This document shows positions 29,893 to 39,128 of a stretch of DNA of 64,000 nucleotides, piece by piece (position 1 is the first letter of the stretch; the number at the start of each line of letters is the position of its first letter). A program made the translations under genes and the position numbers. Below the pieces are notes generated by a model. That model searched no databases and was not told the DNA's origin. It saw only the letters and a list, made by a program, of their open reading frames with translations. The stretch lies in contig CABXIU010000003.1 of NCBI GenBank assembly GCA_902512305.1, positions 60,364-124,363 on the forward strand, given 5' to 3'. The DNA comes from an uncultured Gammaproteobacteria bacterium. Its GTDB lineage: Bacteria; Pseudomonadota; Gammaproteobacteria; PS1; Pseudothioglobaceae.

Positions 29893-30267
29893 ATGAAACC
29901 AAACCTCAAAATATTATCCATATTTATTTTGGGTTTGTTTTTATTTCAGCCTTTGTCTGTTAGTGCTGATGATTCAACTGAGACAGTTCAACTATCTTTG
30001 GTGATAACATCTGATGATCAAATTAATTTAACAGTTGTAAAACAGGTTGAGAAGGGAATAAATTCTTATGACGCTATCAAGGAACTAGTTGTTGTAGTTG
30101 TTAAAGATACAAGTTATGGCCCTCAGATCATTTCTTTGGGCGGTGTAGAGGCAATTGGAAATACCTATTGGGCATTATATGTGAATGGTTCAATGTCAAT
30201 GGTTGGGGCGCATGATGTTATTCTGTCTGAAGATACATTTATTCGCTTGAATATGGAGGCCTTTTAA
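29893..30267 (+). CDS. Secreted DUF4430 / transcobalamin-like C-terminal domain protein
   Basis: Signal peptide MKPNLKILSIFILGLFLFQPLSVSA from ATG 29893; motif SYGPQIISLGGV...YWALYVNG...VGA. Confidence 0.7.
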   Translation: MKPNLKILSIFILGLFLFQPLSVSADDSTETVQLSLVITSDDQINLTVVKQVEKGINSYDAIKELVVVVVKDTSYGPQIISLGGVEAIGNTYWALYVNGSMSMVGAHDVILSEDTFIRLNMEAF

Positions 30268-30298
30268 GATATGATTATTCGAAATTATTTGGAGAGAA

Positions 30299-30889
30299 AT
30301 GATGGACAATCAAGATTACAAACTTAATTCAAGTTTTAGTTATTTAGTTATTTTGGCAGTCTTAATTGCCCTAGGCGTTGCTGGACGACTTTTGCCACAC
30401 CCACCAAACTTTACGCCAATGGCAGCAATTGCGCTTTTTGCTGGTTTTATTTTTGTCAAAAGATACATGGCTATTGTTGCAGTAGTTATCACAATGCTTC
30501 TTTGCGACTATTTTGCTTTTGGATCACTCTCAGCAAGCTGGTTTGGTTCAAAGTCAATGTTCATTGTTTATTTGGCATTGCTTTTTCCAATAGTTTTCAA
30601 AAATTTTCTACAAAGAAAGCTTGGTACTCTTAGAATTGCTGGTGCTGCACTTGCTAGTTCAACTGTATTTTTCATTGCAACTAACTTTGCTGTATGGGCA
30701 TTTTCTCCAATGTACGCTAAAACTTTAGAAGGGCTCGTGCTTTGTTACACGATGGCGATTCCTTTTTTCCAAAACACAATTGCAGGTGATTTAATTTGGT
30801 CTGGCGTAATCTTTGGATCGTATTTCGTTTTGCGTAATTATTCAAATTTACAAATCTTAAATCGAAAAGACTCATTAATTTTCAGTTAG
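30299..30889 (+). CDS. DUF6580-family membrane protein, ECF S-component-like putative vitamin transporter
   Basis: RLLPHPPNFTPMAAIALF, FFIATNFAVW, GLVLCYTMAIPFFQNTIAGD; about 6 hydrophobic segments. Confidence 0.75.
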   Translation: MMDNQDYKLNSSFSYLVILAVLIALGVAGRLLPHPPNFTPMAAIALFAGFIFVKRYMAIVAVVITMLLCDYFAFGSLSASWFGSKSMFIVYLALLFPIVFKNFLQRKLGTLRIAGAALASSTVFFIATNFAVWAFSPMYAKTLEGLVLCYTMAIPFFQNTIAGDLIWSGVIFGSYFVLRNYSNLQILNRKDSLIFS

Positions 30890-30912
30890 GTTTAGTTTTT
30901 ATAATTTGATCG

Positions 30913-31710
30913 ATGGAATATCGCTCAAAATATTCAAATTTGAATCGTATTCATTGGAATGAGCGTGCTCCAGTTCATCAAAAGAAATATGTTGATGAAC
31001 TAGTTCTTGAGGTAGCTAAAGACGACTTTACAACCTTTGACTTTGTTGAGCAAAGGCTTTTTAAAAAAATTAAGTTATCAGGCAAGTCAGTTGCTCAAAT
31101 AAACTGTAATAATGCGAGAGAGTTAATTTCTGTCAAGAAAGCTGGAGCAGATCGCTGCGTTGGTATTGATATTAGTGATCAGTTTATTCAACAGGCTAAA
31201 GCGTTAGTGAAAGCTTCAAATGTTGAAGTTGAGCTTGTATGCAGTGATATTTATGAGCTGGGTGATGCCTATGATAATCAATTTGATTTACTCTATATCA
31301 CGATTGGAGTTCTAGGCTGGCTTGAAAATCTTAAGGCGTTTTTCGATATATTGGATAAATTATTGAAACCAGGCGGTCAAATTTTTATGTATGAGATGCA
31401 TCCAATTTTAGAGTTGTTTGAAGAAGATTCAGGAAGCAAAATTGTGAATGATTATTTTAATAGCGAGCTTTATGTTGAAGAGAATGAAAGAGACTATTTT
31501 GATTATAATGCAATCATTAAGTCTCCAAGTTACTGGTTTCATCATCCTATGAGTGAGATTTTTGAAAATGTTATCAATCATGGCTTTCATATCACTCATT
31601 TTGATGAATATGCCCATGATATATCTGGGGGAGGCGAGTTTTTGTCAACGCAAGAGAATCGTCCTCCAATGTGTTTCAGCTTAATCGCAACTAAAGCAGG
31701 TGGGAAATGA
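30913..31710 (+). CDS. Class I SAM-dependent methyltransferase
   Basis: N...WNERA, GIDIS, FDLLYITIGVLGW, LLKPGG, YEMHP. Confidence 0.85.
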   Translation: MEYRSKYSNLNRIHWNERAPVHQKKYVDELVLEVAKDDFTTFDFVEQRLFKKIKLSGKSVAQINCNNARELISVKKAGADRCVGIDISDQFIQQAKALVKASNVEVELVCSDIYELGDAYDNQFDLLYITIGVLGWLENLKAFFDILDKLLKPGGQIFMYEMHPILELFEEDSGSKIVNDYFNSELYVEENERDYFDYNAIIKSPSYWFHHPMSEIFENVINHGFHITHFDEYAHDISGGGEFLSTQENRPPMCFSLIATKAGGK

Positions 31711-32585
31711 CAAGGCACTTTAAAGGCTTATTGATGACCGTTTTTGCGGTGGTCATTCTGAGTCCAGATTCTGTTCTTATTAGATTGGTTGAAGAGGCTT
31801 CTTCAGAAGTTGATAGCTGGACTGTGTTGTTCTGGAGAGGCTTGCTCTATGCAGTTGGAGTCTCTCTTCTTGTTCTTATTAAATACCGTAGTAAAACCAT
31901 CGCTGAGTTTAAAAATATTGGAAAAGGTGGGTTAGTTATTGGTTTATGTTCTGGAATCAGTACAGGAACATTTGTCTTTGCAATTGTCTACACCTCTATT
32001 GCAAATGCTCTAGTCATTATTAGTACCGGCCCCATTATGATAGCTATTGTTGCTTGGTTTTTACTTAAGGAGAAGTCCAGTCTAATCACTTGGGCGTCGA
32101 TGATAATTATTTTCATAGGTATTTATATTGTTATGAGTGGGAGCTTCGGAGGTAAGAATATTGTTGGAGATTTTTTTGCTTTAATTACAGCAGTTATGAT
32201 GGGATTTACTTTTACTTTAACTCGTAAATATAAAGATATAAATATGGTTCCAGTTAATGCCATTGGCGGTCTAATTGCTACGTTGATAGCCTTTTTAATG
32301 GCAAATAAAATTACTGTACCAGCTGAAGTGGTTGGGTACATCATTGCAATGGGTGCAATACTTTCTATCTCATTTAGCTTAATCACGATTGCTCCAAGAT
32401 ATATGCCTGCTGCTGAGGTGGGGATGATTATGCCTTTAGAGACAGTCTTGGGTTCATTAATTGCTTGGTATTGGATCAAGGAAGTGCCTTCGAGCAATGC
32501 TCTTATTGGGGGAACAATTGTTATTATTACACTATTTCTGCATTCATGGTACAGCACCAGGCTGGCTAATAACCAACTTAACTAA
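31707..32585 (+). CDS. EamA/DMT family transporter
   Basis: About 10 TM, FWRG, FLLKEK, PAAEVG..MPLETV. Confidence 0.9.
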   Translation: MTRHFKGLLMTVFAVVILSPDSVLIRLVEEASSEVDSWTVLFWRGLLYAVGVSLLVLIKYRSKTIAEFKNIGKGGLVIGLCSGISTGTFVFAIVYTSIANALVIISTGPIMIAIVAWFLLKEKSSLITWASMIIIFIGIYIVMSGSFGGKNIVGDFFALITAVMMGFTFTLTRKYKDINMVPVNAIGGLIATLIAFLMANKITVPAEVVGYIIAMGAILSISFSLITIAPRYMPAAEVGMIMPLETVLGSLIAWYWIKEVPSSNALIGGTIVIITLFLHSWYSTRLANNQLN

Positions 32586-32623
32586 AATGACATTATTGAT
32601 GTTTAATTTAATTCGTTTTAATT

Positions 32624-33478
32624 ATGAATAATCATTTAAAAGGCCTGTTAATAGCATTTTTTGGTATTTTGGTACTAGCTCCTGAGGGCATATTAGTCAA
32701 ATTAGCAAACGCAGATAGTTTTACTGTTTTATTCTGGCGAGGTATATTTTTTACAATTAGTATCCTAGTCATTCTTCTCATTAGTTATCGTACTAGAACA
32801 CTTGATGAAATTAAGGGTATTGGGAAAAGAGGTATCTTTCTTGGTTTCTTGACAGGCTTTGGTGGCGCAACATTCATTTTGGCTATTCACTACACAAGCT
32901 TAGCTAAAACACTTGTGATAATTAGTGCTGCACCACTAATGGTTGCTCTGGTTTCTTTTATTCTTTTAGGGGAAAAACCAAAGCTTTTTACTTGGCTAGC
33001 AATGCTCATTGTATTTACTGGTATCTATATCGTGATGTCAGGAGACACTAGTGGTCTTAATTTAAAAGGAAGTTTATTTGCATTAGCCTCTGTAACGACT
33101 GGCGGCTTTTCATTTACTTTATTGAGAAAATATAAAGAGGTTAATATGGTTCCAGCAATGGCGGTTAACGGCTTATTTATCACTTTAATCGGATTACTTT
33201 TTGCAGAGTCATTAACCTTGTCATCACAATCAATGAACTATATTATTATAAGTAGCATCCTAGTTGCAATTTCATTTAGTCTAATTACAATTGCACCACG
33301 ATTTATTCCTGCACCCGAAGTTGCTATATTCTTTCCAATGGGAACAGTCATTGGAACTTTTTTAGCGTGGCTAATTCTCAAAGAGGAACTGTCAAGTAAT
33401 GCTATATATGGAGGTGTAGTAGTTATTTTAACTTTATTCATACACTCTGTTTATAGTGCAAGGCAATCAAAAAATTAA
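32624..33478 (+). CDS. EamA/DMT family transporter (paralog of the upstream gene)
   Basis: About 10 TM; shares HxKGLL, TVLFWRG, NMVP, ISFSLITIAPR with 31707..32585. Confidence 0.9.
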   Translation: MNNHLKGLLIAFFGILVLAPEGILVKLANADSFTVLFWRGIFFTISILVILLISYRTRTLDEIKGIGKRGIFLGFLTGFGGATFILAIHYTSLAKTLVIISAAPLMVALVSFILLGEKPKLFTWLAMLIVFTGIYIVMSGDTSGLNLKGSLFALASVTTGGFSFTLLRKYKEVNMVPAMAVNGLFITLIGLLFAESLTLSSQSMNYIIISSILVAISFSLITIAPRFIPAPEVAIFFPMGTVIGTFLAWLILKEELSSNAIYGGVVVILTLFIHSVYSARQSKN

Positions 33479-33483
33479 CCATT

Positions 33484-34380
33484 ATGAAAAAACAAGAAAT
33501 TAGAGCCGATCTAATCATGCTTCTTGCGGCAGCAATTTGGGGCTTTGCCTTTGTTGCTCAGCGCGAGGGAATGGAGACGATGGGACCATTTCTATTCAAT
33601 ACAGCTAGGTTTTTTATTGGTACAGTATTTTTATTGCCAATAGTCTGGTATTTATCTAAGAAAAATAAGAGTCAAAACAATAAGGAAACGTCGACTAAAA
33701 AGCTTTTATTTGCTGGCTTTGTCGCGGGCCTATTTTTATTCTTAGCTGCGAGTTTTCAGCAGGTTGGAATTCAATATACAACTGCTGGAAAAGCTGGATT
33801 TATTACTGGTCTTTATATCTTTTTTGTTCCACTTATTGGTATCTTTTTTGGACAAAGAACAGGCTCTGGAACTTGGTTGGGTGCTTTTATTGCTTTAATA
33901 GGTTTGTATTTGTTAAGTATTAACGAAGACTTTACTATTGCACATGGTGATTTACTTCAGCTTATATGTGCAATTTTCTTTGCTGCACACATTTTAGTTA
34001 TTGGTTACGTGGCTAAAACTATGGATCCTTTAAAGCTTTCACTGATTCAGTATTTTGTCTCTGCAGTCTTAAGTTTTTTCATAGCTATTGCTATAGAAGT
34101 AATCACTTGGGAAATGATTGTTGATACAGCGATTCCACTTCTTTATGCAGGTATTATGTCGATTGCTATTGGATATACTCTTCAGGTTGTTGCACAGCAG
34201 CATGCTAAATCATCTCATGCGGCTATTATTTTGGGATTAGAGGGTGCTTTTGCTGTTCTTGGTGGATGGCTTATATTGGATGAAAATTTATCAACTCGAG
34301 GACTTATCGGTTGCGTACTAATGCTTTCAGGAATGTTTCTATCTCAGTTATTGCCACGTTTGAGTTTCAATAAAAGCTAA
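33484..34380 (+). CDS. EamA/DMT family transporter
   Basis: AAIWGFAFVAQ, QQVGIQYTTAGKAGFITGLY, YTLQVVAQ. Confidence 0.92.
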   Translation: MKKQEIRADLIMLLAAAIWGFAFVAQREGMETMGPFLFNTARFFIGTVFLLPIVWYLSKKNKSQNNKETSTKKLLFAGFVAGLFLFLAASFQQVGIQYTTAGKAGFITGLYIFFVPLIGIFFGQRTGSGTWLGAFIALIGLYLLSINEDFTIAHGDLLQLICAIFFAAHILVIGYVAKTMDPLKLSLIQYFVSAVLSFFIAIAIEVITWEMIVDTAIPLLYAGIMSIAIGYTLQVVAQQHAKSSHAAIILGLEGAFAVLGGWLILDENLSTRGLIGCVLMLSGMFLSQLLPRLSFNKS

Positions 34381-34452
34381 TCAGAATAAAAATTTCAATC
34401 TCATGGTATGATTAGTCAGCTTCTTTGCTGTTTAATGTAGTAGTGGAAATTG

Positions 34453-35232
34453 ATGAATATTATCGATCTTCAAAATATAACGGTATTCCAAGGAAGAAAC
34501 AAAATCCTTGACAACTTCTCTTTAACAATTGACGAAAGTCAAAGTACAGTAATCCTGGGTCCAAATGGCTCTGGAAAAACAACTATACTAAAGCTCCTGA
34601 ATCGTGAACTTTATATTGTCGAAGATAAGGAAAGTAGTCTTAAAATTTTTGAGAAAGATAGATGGAATGTTGATGATCTAAGATCGAATTTAGGCGTAGT
34701 TTCTCAGCATCTTCAGCATGGATATTCTAATAGTGCACTTGGACTATACGTTGTTCTTTCAGGTTTTTATTCAAGTGATGGTATATGGCAACATCAAAAA
34801 TTTGATGAGAAAAAGCTTAATCGTGCTAAAGAGGTTATGGATCTTTTGTCAATCTCTGAACTTCAAGAAAGAGAATTCTCTTCCATGTCTACGGGAGAGC
34901 AAAGAAAATTTTTACTAGCGAGATCACTTGTCAATGATCCTGCTGTTTTGGTTTTTGATGAGCCAACCAGTGGTCTTGACATGAGCACTTGTTTTCAATA
35001 TCTTGAAATTATAAGAGAGCTTATTAGTATGGGAAAAAAAGTAATTCTAGTGACTCATCATATACATGAGATTCCTCCTGAAGTGACCAGAGTAATTCTA
35101 TTAAAAGAGGGCAAGGTAGTTGAAGATGGGGATAAAGATAAAGTCTTAAATGATGCTAGCCTTACAAATCTCTTTGATTGGCCGATTAAAGTTATTAAGG
35201 AGAATGGTTATTATCAGGTAATACCTGGATAA
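34453..35232 (+). CDS. ABC transporter ATP-binding protein (ModF/YlmA-like, no adjacent ABC permease)
   Basis: GPNGSGKT, STGEQRK, DEPTSGLD, VTHH. Confidence 0.88.
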   Translation: MNIIDLQNITVFQGRNKILDNFSLTIDESQSTVILGPNGSGKTTILKLLNRELYIVEDKESSLKIFEKDRWNVDDLRSNLGVVSQHLQHGYSNSALGLYVVLSGFYSSDGIWQHQKFDEKKLNRAKEVMDLLSISELQEREFSSMSTGEQRKFLLARSLVNDPAVLVFDEPTSGLDMSTCFQYLEIIRELISMGKKVILVTHHIHEIPPEVTRVILLKEGKVVEDGDKDKVLNDASLTNLFDWPIKVIKENGYYQVIPG

Positions 35233-35235
35233 TTA

Positions 35236-36531
35236 TTAATCATCAGTTCGATAAAGTGCTGACTGAGCGTGAGCTTGAAGCCCCTCTCCGAATGCTAAGG
35301 TAGATGCAGTTTTGCCTAAATTTTTAGCGCCTAATTTTGATGCCATAACAATGCTTGATCGTTTTGTAAAGTCATAAACTCCAAGAGGCGATGAGAATCT
35401 TGCAGTACTTGATGTAGGTAGGACATGATTTGTTCCAGCACAATAATCTCCAAGTGCTTCAGAGGAGTATTTACCCATAAATATTGTTCCGGCATGCTTT
35501 ATATCATCAATAATTGATTCTGGATCTTTAACAGAGAGTTCAAGATGTTCGGGAGCTATTCTATTGGAGATTCTAACCGCCTCTTGAATGTCTTTGGTCA
35601 AAATCAGAGCGCCTCTATTTTTAAGGGAGGCTCTAATAATTTCCTCTCTTTCCATAGTTATAAGAAGTTTTGAAATGCTATTTTCAACTTCTTTAATAAA
35701 ATCGTTATTTGGACAGAGAAGAATTGCTTGAGCATCTTCATCATGCTCAGCTTGAGAGAAAAGATCCATAGCAATCCAGTCTGGATTAGTTTTTCCATCA
35801 CAAATAATTAATATTTCAGATGGACCAGCAATCATGTCAATTCCAACCTGTCCAAATACTTGTTTTTTTGCAGTTGCTACATATATATTTCCAGGTCCAA
35901 CAATCTTATCAACTTTTGGGATTGTTTCTGTTCCATATGCTAGTGCTGCTATAGCTTGAGCACCTCCAATAGTTATGACTAGATCAACCTCGGCAATATA
36001 AGCTGCAGCGAGAACTAGTTCATTTAAAACTCCATGTGGTGCTGGCACAACCATAATAAGCTCATCAACCCCAGCCACTTTTGCAGGGATGCTATTCATG
36101 AGAACAGAAGAAGGATAGGCAGCTTTACCTCCTGGAACATAAAGTCCTACACGTTCTAGAGGGGTGATTTTTTGACCTAAAATAGTCCCATCGTCTTCAG
36201 TATAGGTCCAAGATTCTTGGACTTGTTTCTGATGATAAGATTTGATTCGATCTGCTGCAATTGATAGGGCATTTTTTTTCTTTTTTTCAAGATTGTCAAA
36301 TGATTGTTTAATTTTTTCTTTAGAAATTATTAGCTCAGAGATTGATGCAGTATCGAGAGAGTCAAATTTCATGGTGTACTCTAAAACAGATTTGTCACCA
36401 TTTTGGATGACATTATCAATGATATTTTTGACAGAATCGCTTATCTCGTCATTGACAGAACTTTCCCAGACAATCAAAGAGTTAAGCTTGCTATCAAAAT
36501 CAGCATCAAGAGTTGATAATTTATTAATCAT
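35236..36531 (-). CDS. hisD: Histidinol dehydrogenase
   Basis: [41 protein letters not shown]. Confidence 0.97.
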   Translation of the reverse strand: MINKLSTLDADFDSKLNSLIVWESSVNDEISDSVKNIIDNVIQNGDKSVLEYTMKFDSLDTASISELIISKEKIKQSFDNLEKKKKNALSIAADRIKSYHQKQVQESWTYTEDDGTILGQKITPLERVGLYVPGGKAAYPSSVLMNSIPAKVAGVDELIMVVPAPHGVLNELVLAAAYIAEVDLVITIGGAQAIAALAYGTETIPKVDKIVGPGNIYVATAKKQVFGQVGIDMIAGPSEILIICDGKTNPDWIAMDLFSQAEHDEDAQAILLCPNNDFIKEVENSISKLLITMEREEIIRASLKNRGALILTKDIQEAVRISNRIAPEHLELSVKDPESIIDDIKHAGTIFMGKYSSEALGDYCAGTNHVLPTSSTARFSSPLGVYDFTKRSSIVMASKLGAKNLGKTASTLAFGEGLQAHAQSALYRTDD

Positions 36532-37145
36532 AAGCTCTTTTTAATCTTTGTAATCCAATCGTTGATTTCACTGTGCTTAGTATTGAAAGCGGCAGAATTA
36601 ACAATGAGTCTAGAACTAATTTCATGAATTAATTCTAATGGAACTAGATTATTTGCTTTTAATGTGTTGCCACTATCTACAAGGTCAACAATACAGTCAG
36701 ATAGTCCAACTATTGGAGCTAACTCCATTGCTCCAGATAATTTGATCACCTCAATTTGCTTCCCTTGTTTGTAAAAGTATTCTTTTGTTGATTTGACATA
36801 CTTTGTAGCAACTTTAAGAGTGCTTTTATTTAAGTTTTTATCTGTTTTTGAAGCAACCATGAGTCTACATTTAGAGATTCCTAAATCTAGAAGTTCAAAA
36901 ACTCCATCAGCGCCATGCTCTATTAAAACATCTTTACCAGCGATTCCGAGGTCAGCAGCACCATGTTGGACAAATACAGGAACGTCACTTGCTCTAATAA
37001 CAATAACTTTTATAACATCAAAGTTAGTGTCTAAGATTAATTTTCTACTTTCTAGCTCGCTTTTTGGAATGTTGATTCCAGCTTTTTCAAGAAGCGGTAA
37101 ACTTTGGTCTAATATACGACCTTTTGATAGTGCAATCGTTAACAT
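36528..37145 (-). CDS. hisG: ATP phosphoribosyltransferase, short form (needs HisZ)
   Basis: [42 protein letters not shown]. Confidence 0.96.
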   Translation of the reverse strand: MLTIALSKGRILDQSLPLLEKAGINIPKSELESRKLILDTNFDVIKVIVIRASDVPVFVQHGAADLGIAGKDVLIEHGADGVFELLDLGISKCRLMVASKTDKNLNKSTLKVATKYVKSTKEYFYKQGKQIEVIKLSGAMELAPIVGLSDCIVDLVDSGNTLKANNLVPLELIHEISSRLIVNSAAFNTKHSEINDWITKIKKSL

Positions 37146-37186
37146 GATACTTTATTACCTAGTTTTCTAGTCTTCTAGTAAAAATT

Positions 37187-38446
37187 CTAGTGCTGAACGC
37201 GCTCTATATCTGCACCAAGCATTTTAAATTTTTCTTCAATCATCTCATATCCTCGATCGAGATGATAAACGCGTTCAATAGTTGTTAGTCCATTTGCAGC
37301 TAAACCAGCCAAAACTAAGCTGGCTGATGCTCGAAGGTCTGTAGCCATAAGATTCGCGCCAGACAAAGATTTTACCCCTTTACATACAACTGTGTTGCCT
37401 TCTAGCTTGAGGTTTGCCCCCATGCGACTAAGTTCGGGTACATGCATAAAGCGATTTTCAAAGATAGTTTCTGTAATAGTGCTGCTTCCCTTGGCAATTG
37501 CATTAAGTGCCATAAATTGAGCTTGCATGTCCGTTGGAAAATTAGGATAAGCACTTGTACGAATATTAACAGGATTGGGCCGCCTACCTTTCATGTCTAA
37601 TTTAATTGAATTTTGATTGGTTTGAATGTCCGCACCTGTTTCAATTAGTTTGCCAATTACCGCCCTCATAGAGTCTGGTTCAATATTATTGACAGTAATT
37701 TTTCCGCCAGTAATTGCAGCAGCTACAAGATAGGTTCCTGCCTCAATTCTATCTGGACAAATAGAGTATTCTACGCCGTCGAGATGATCAACACCTTCGA
37801 TTATTAATGAAGAAGTATTTTCACCAGTAATTTTTGCCCCCATTTTATTTAAGCAGCGAATAAGATCTGTAACCTCCGGTTCTTGAGCTGCATTATTAAT
37901 GGTTGTAATACCTTTAGCCAGTGAGGCTGCCATAATAATATTTTCAGTTGCTGTAACAGAAATGAGGTCAAAATTAATTTGAGTACCAACAAGCTCCTTT
38001 GCTGTTGCATAGATATAACCATTTTTTACTTCAATGTTTGCCCCCATTTTTTCTAAAGCATCAAGATGAAGATTGACAGGGCGAGTTCCAATTGCACAGC
38101 CACCAGGTAAAGAAATTTTAGCTTTTTTGTACTTTGCGAGCATTGGTCCAAGAGTTAAAATAGAAGCGCGCATTGTTTTAACTAAAGAGTAATCTGCCGT
38201 CAAATTAGTTAGTTTTGAAGAGTCAATAAATATTGATCCATCTTCCTCTAAAACAAAGTTTGAACCCATATCCATTAACAATCTAAGAGTAGTAGAAACA
38301 TCACTTAATTGGGGTGTGTTCGATAATTTTAGAGGACCATCAGTAAGTATAGATGAGAAAAAGATCGGGAGTGTAGCATTCTTTGAGCCTGAGGTTTTAA
38401 TTGTTCCTTTTAAAGGAGAACCTCCATGAATATCTAATTTATACAT
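37187..38446 (-). CDS. murA: UDP-N-acetylglucosamine 1-carboxyvinyltransferase
   Basis: SGSKNA, LPGGCAIGTRPV, FPTDMQAQ, TDLRASA. Confidence 0.98.
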   Translation of the reverse strand: MYKLDIHGGSPLKGTIKTSGSKNATLPIFFSSILTDGPLKLSNTPQLSDVSTTLRLLMDMGSNFVLEEDGSIFIDSSKLTNLTADYSLVKTMRASILTLGPMLAKYKKAKISLPGGCAIGTRPVNLHLDALEKMGANIEVKNGYIYATAKELVGTQINFDLISVTATENIIMAASLAKGITTINNAAQEPEVTDLIRCLNKMGAKITGENTSSLIIEGVDHLDGVEYSICPDRIEAGTYLVAAAITGGKITVNNIEPDSMRAVIGKLIETGADIQTNQNSIKLDMKGRRPNPVNIRTSAYPNFPTDMQAQFMALNAIAKGSSTITETIFENRFMHVPELSRMGANLKLEGNTVVCKGVKSLSGANLMATDLRASASLVLAGLAANGLTTIERVYHLDRGYEMIEEKFKMLGADIERVQH

Positions 38447-38451
38447 TTAAT

Positions 38452-39090
38452 TTAAGATTTTGATAGCATTTTTTCAATCAATTTTTCAATGCCTTGGCGT
38501 TTAATTTTAGAGTCATATCCAATTTTTTCAATATCTAAAATGCTGATTGATTGATATTCTAGATCATAAATTTTCCATCTTTCTTTATTAATTAATTTGA
38601 GTGTTACTGCAGCATTAGTATAATCAATATTAAGTGAGACTTGAATTTTAACTCGTGCCATATTATTATTTTGACTATAGTTATTATCAACTGAAATAAC
38701 TATTTCTTCCCACTGTTCAATCTCAGACAAGATTCCAACATAATCATTAATTAAAGAATTCTTGATATCTCTTTCAAATATTTTTCTCTGCTTATTATCA
38801 AGCTGACTCCAGTAATCACCTAAAGCGAGTTCAGTGCTATGCTCAAGATCAATATATGGAATGATTTTCTTTTTAGTCAGATTCAAAGTTGACTGAAATG
38901 TTCCATTTTTTTGTTTTTTTAAATCAATGAAAGAGCAAACTATATCATTGATAATTGCCTCTACTTGTTCCGGTGCAGAATTTCCAGCTAGATTTGGTGA
39001 TATTGCTGGACAGGAGGTTTTGGCGTGTATTATCCCGATAAAGATAAAATTAATCAGGAATGCCTTTAAAATATTAAGGACAAATTTCAT
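38452..39090 (-). CDS. MlaC/Ttg2D-like periplasmic phospholipid-binding protein (divergent)
   Basis: Signal peptide, LALGDYW, WKIYDL..., GIEKLI; upstream of murA as in mla-murA synteny. Confidence 0.7.
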   Translation of the reverse strand: MKFVLNILKAFLINFIFIGIIHAKTSCPAISPNLAGNSAPEQVEAIINDIVCSFIDLKKQKNGTFQSTLNLTKKKIIPYIDLEHSTELALGDYWSQLDNKQRKIFERDIKNSLINDYVGILSEIEQWEEIVISVDNNYSQNNNMARVKIQVSLNIDYTNAAVTLKLINKERWKIYDLEYQSISILDIEKIGYDSKIKRQGIEKLIEKMLSKS

Positions 39091-39128
39091 GACGCTATTG
39101 TACTATATCTGTGAAATAAATTATTGAA

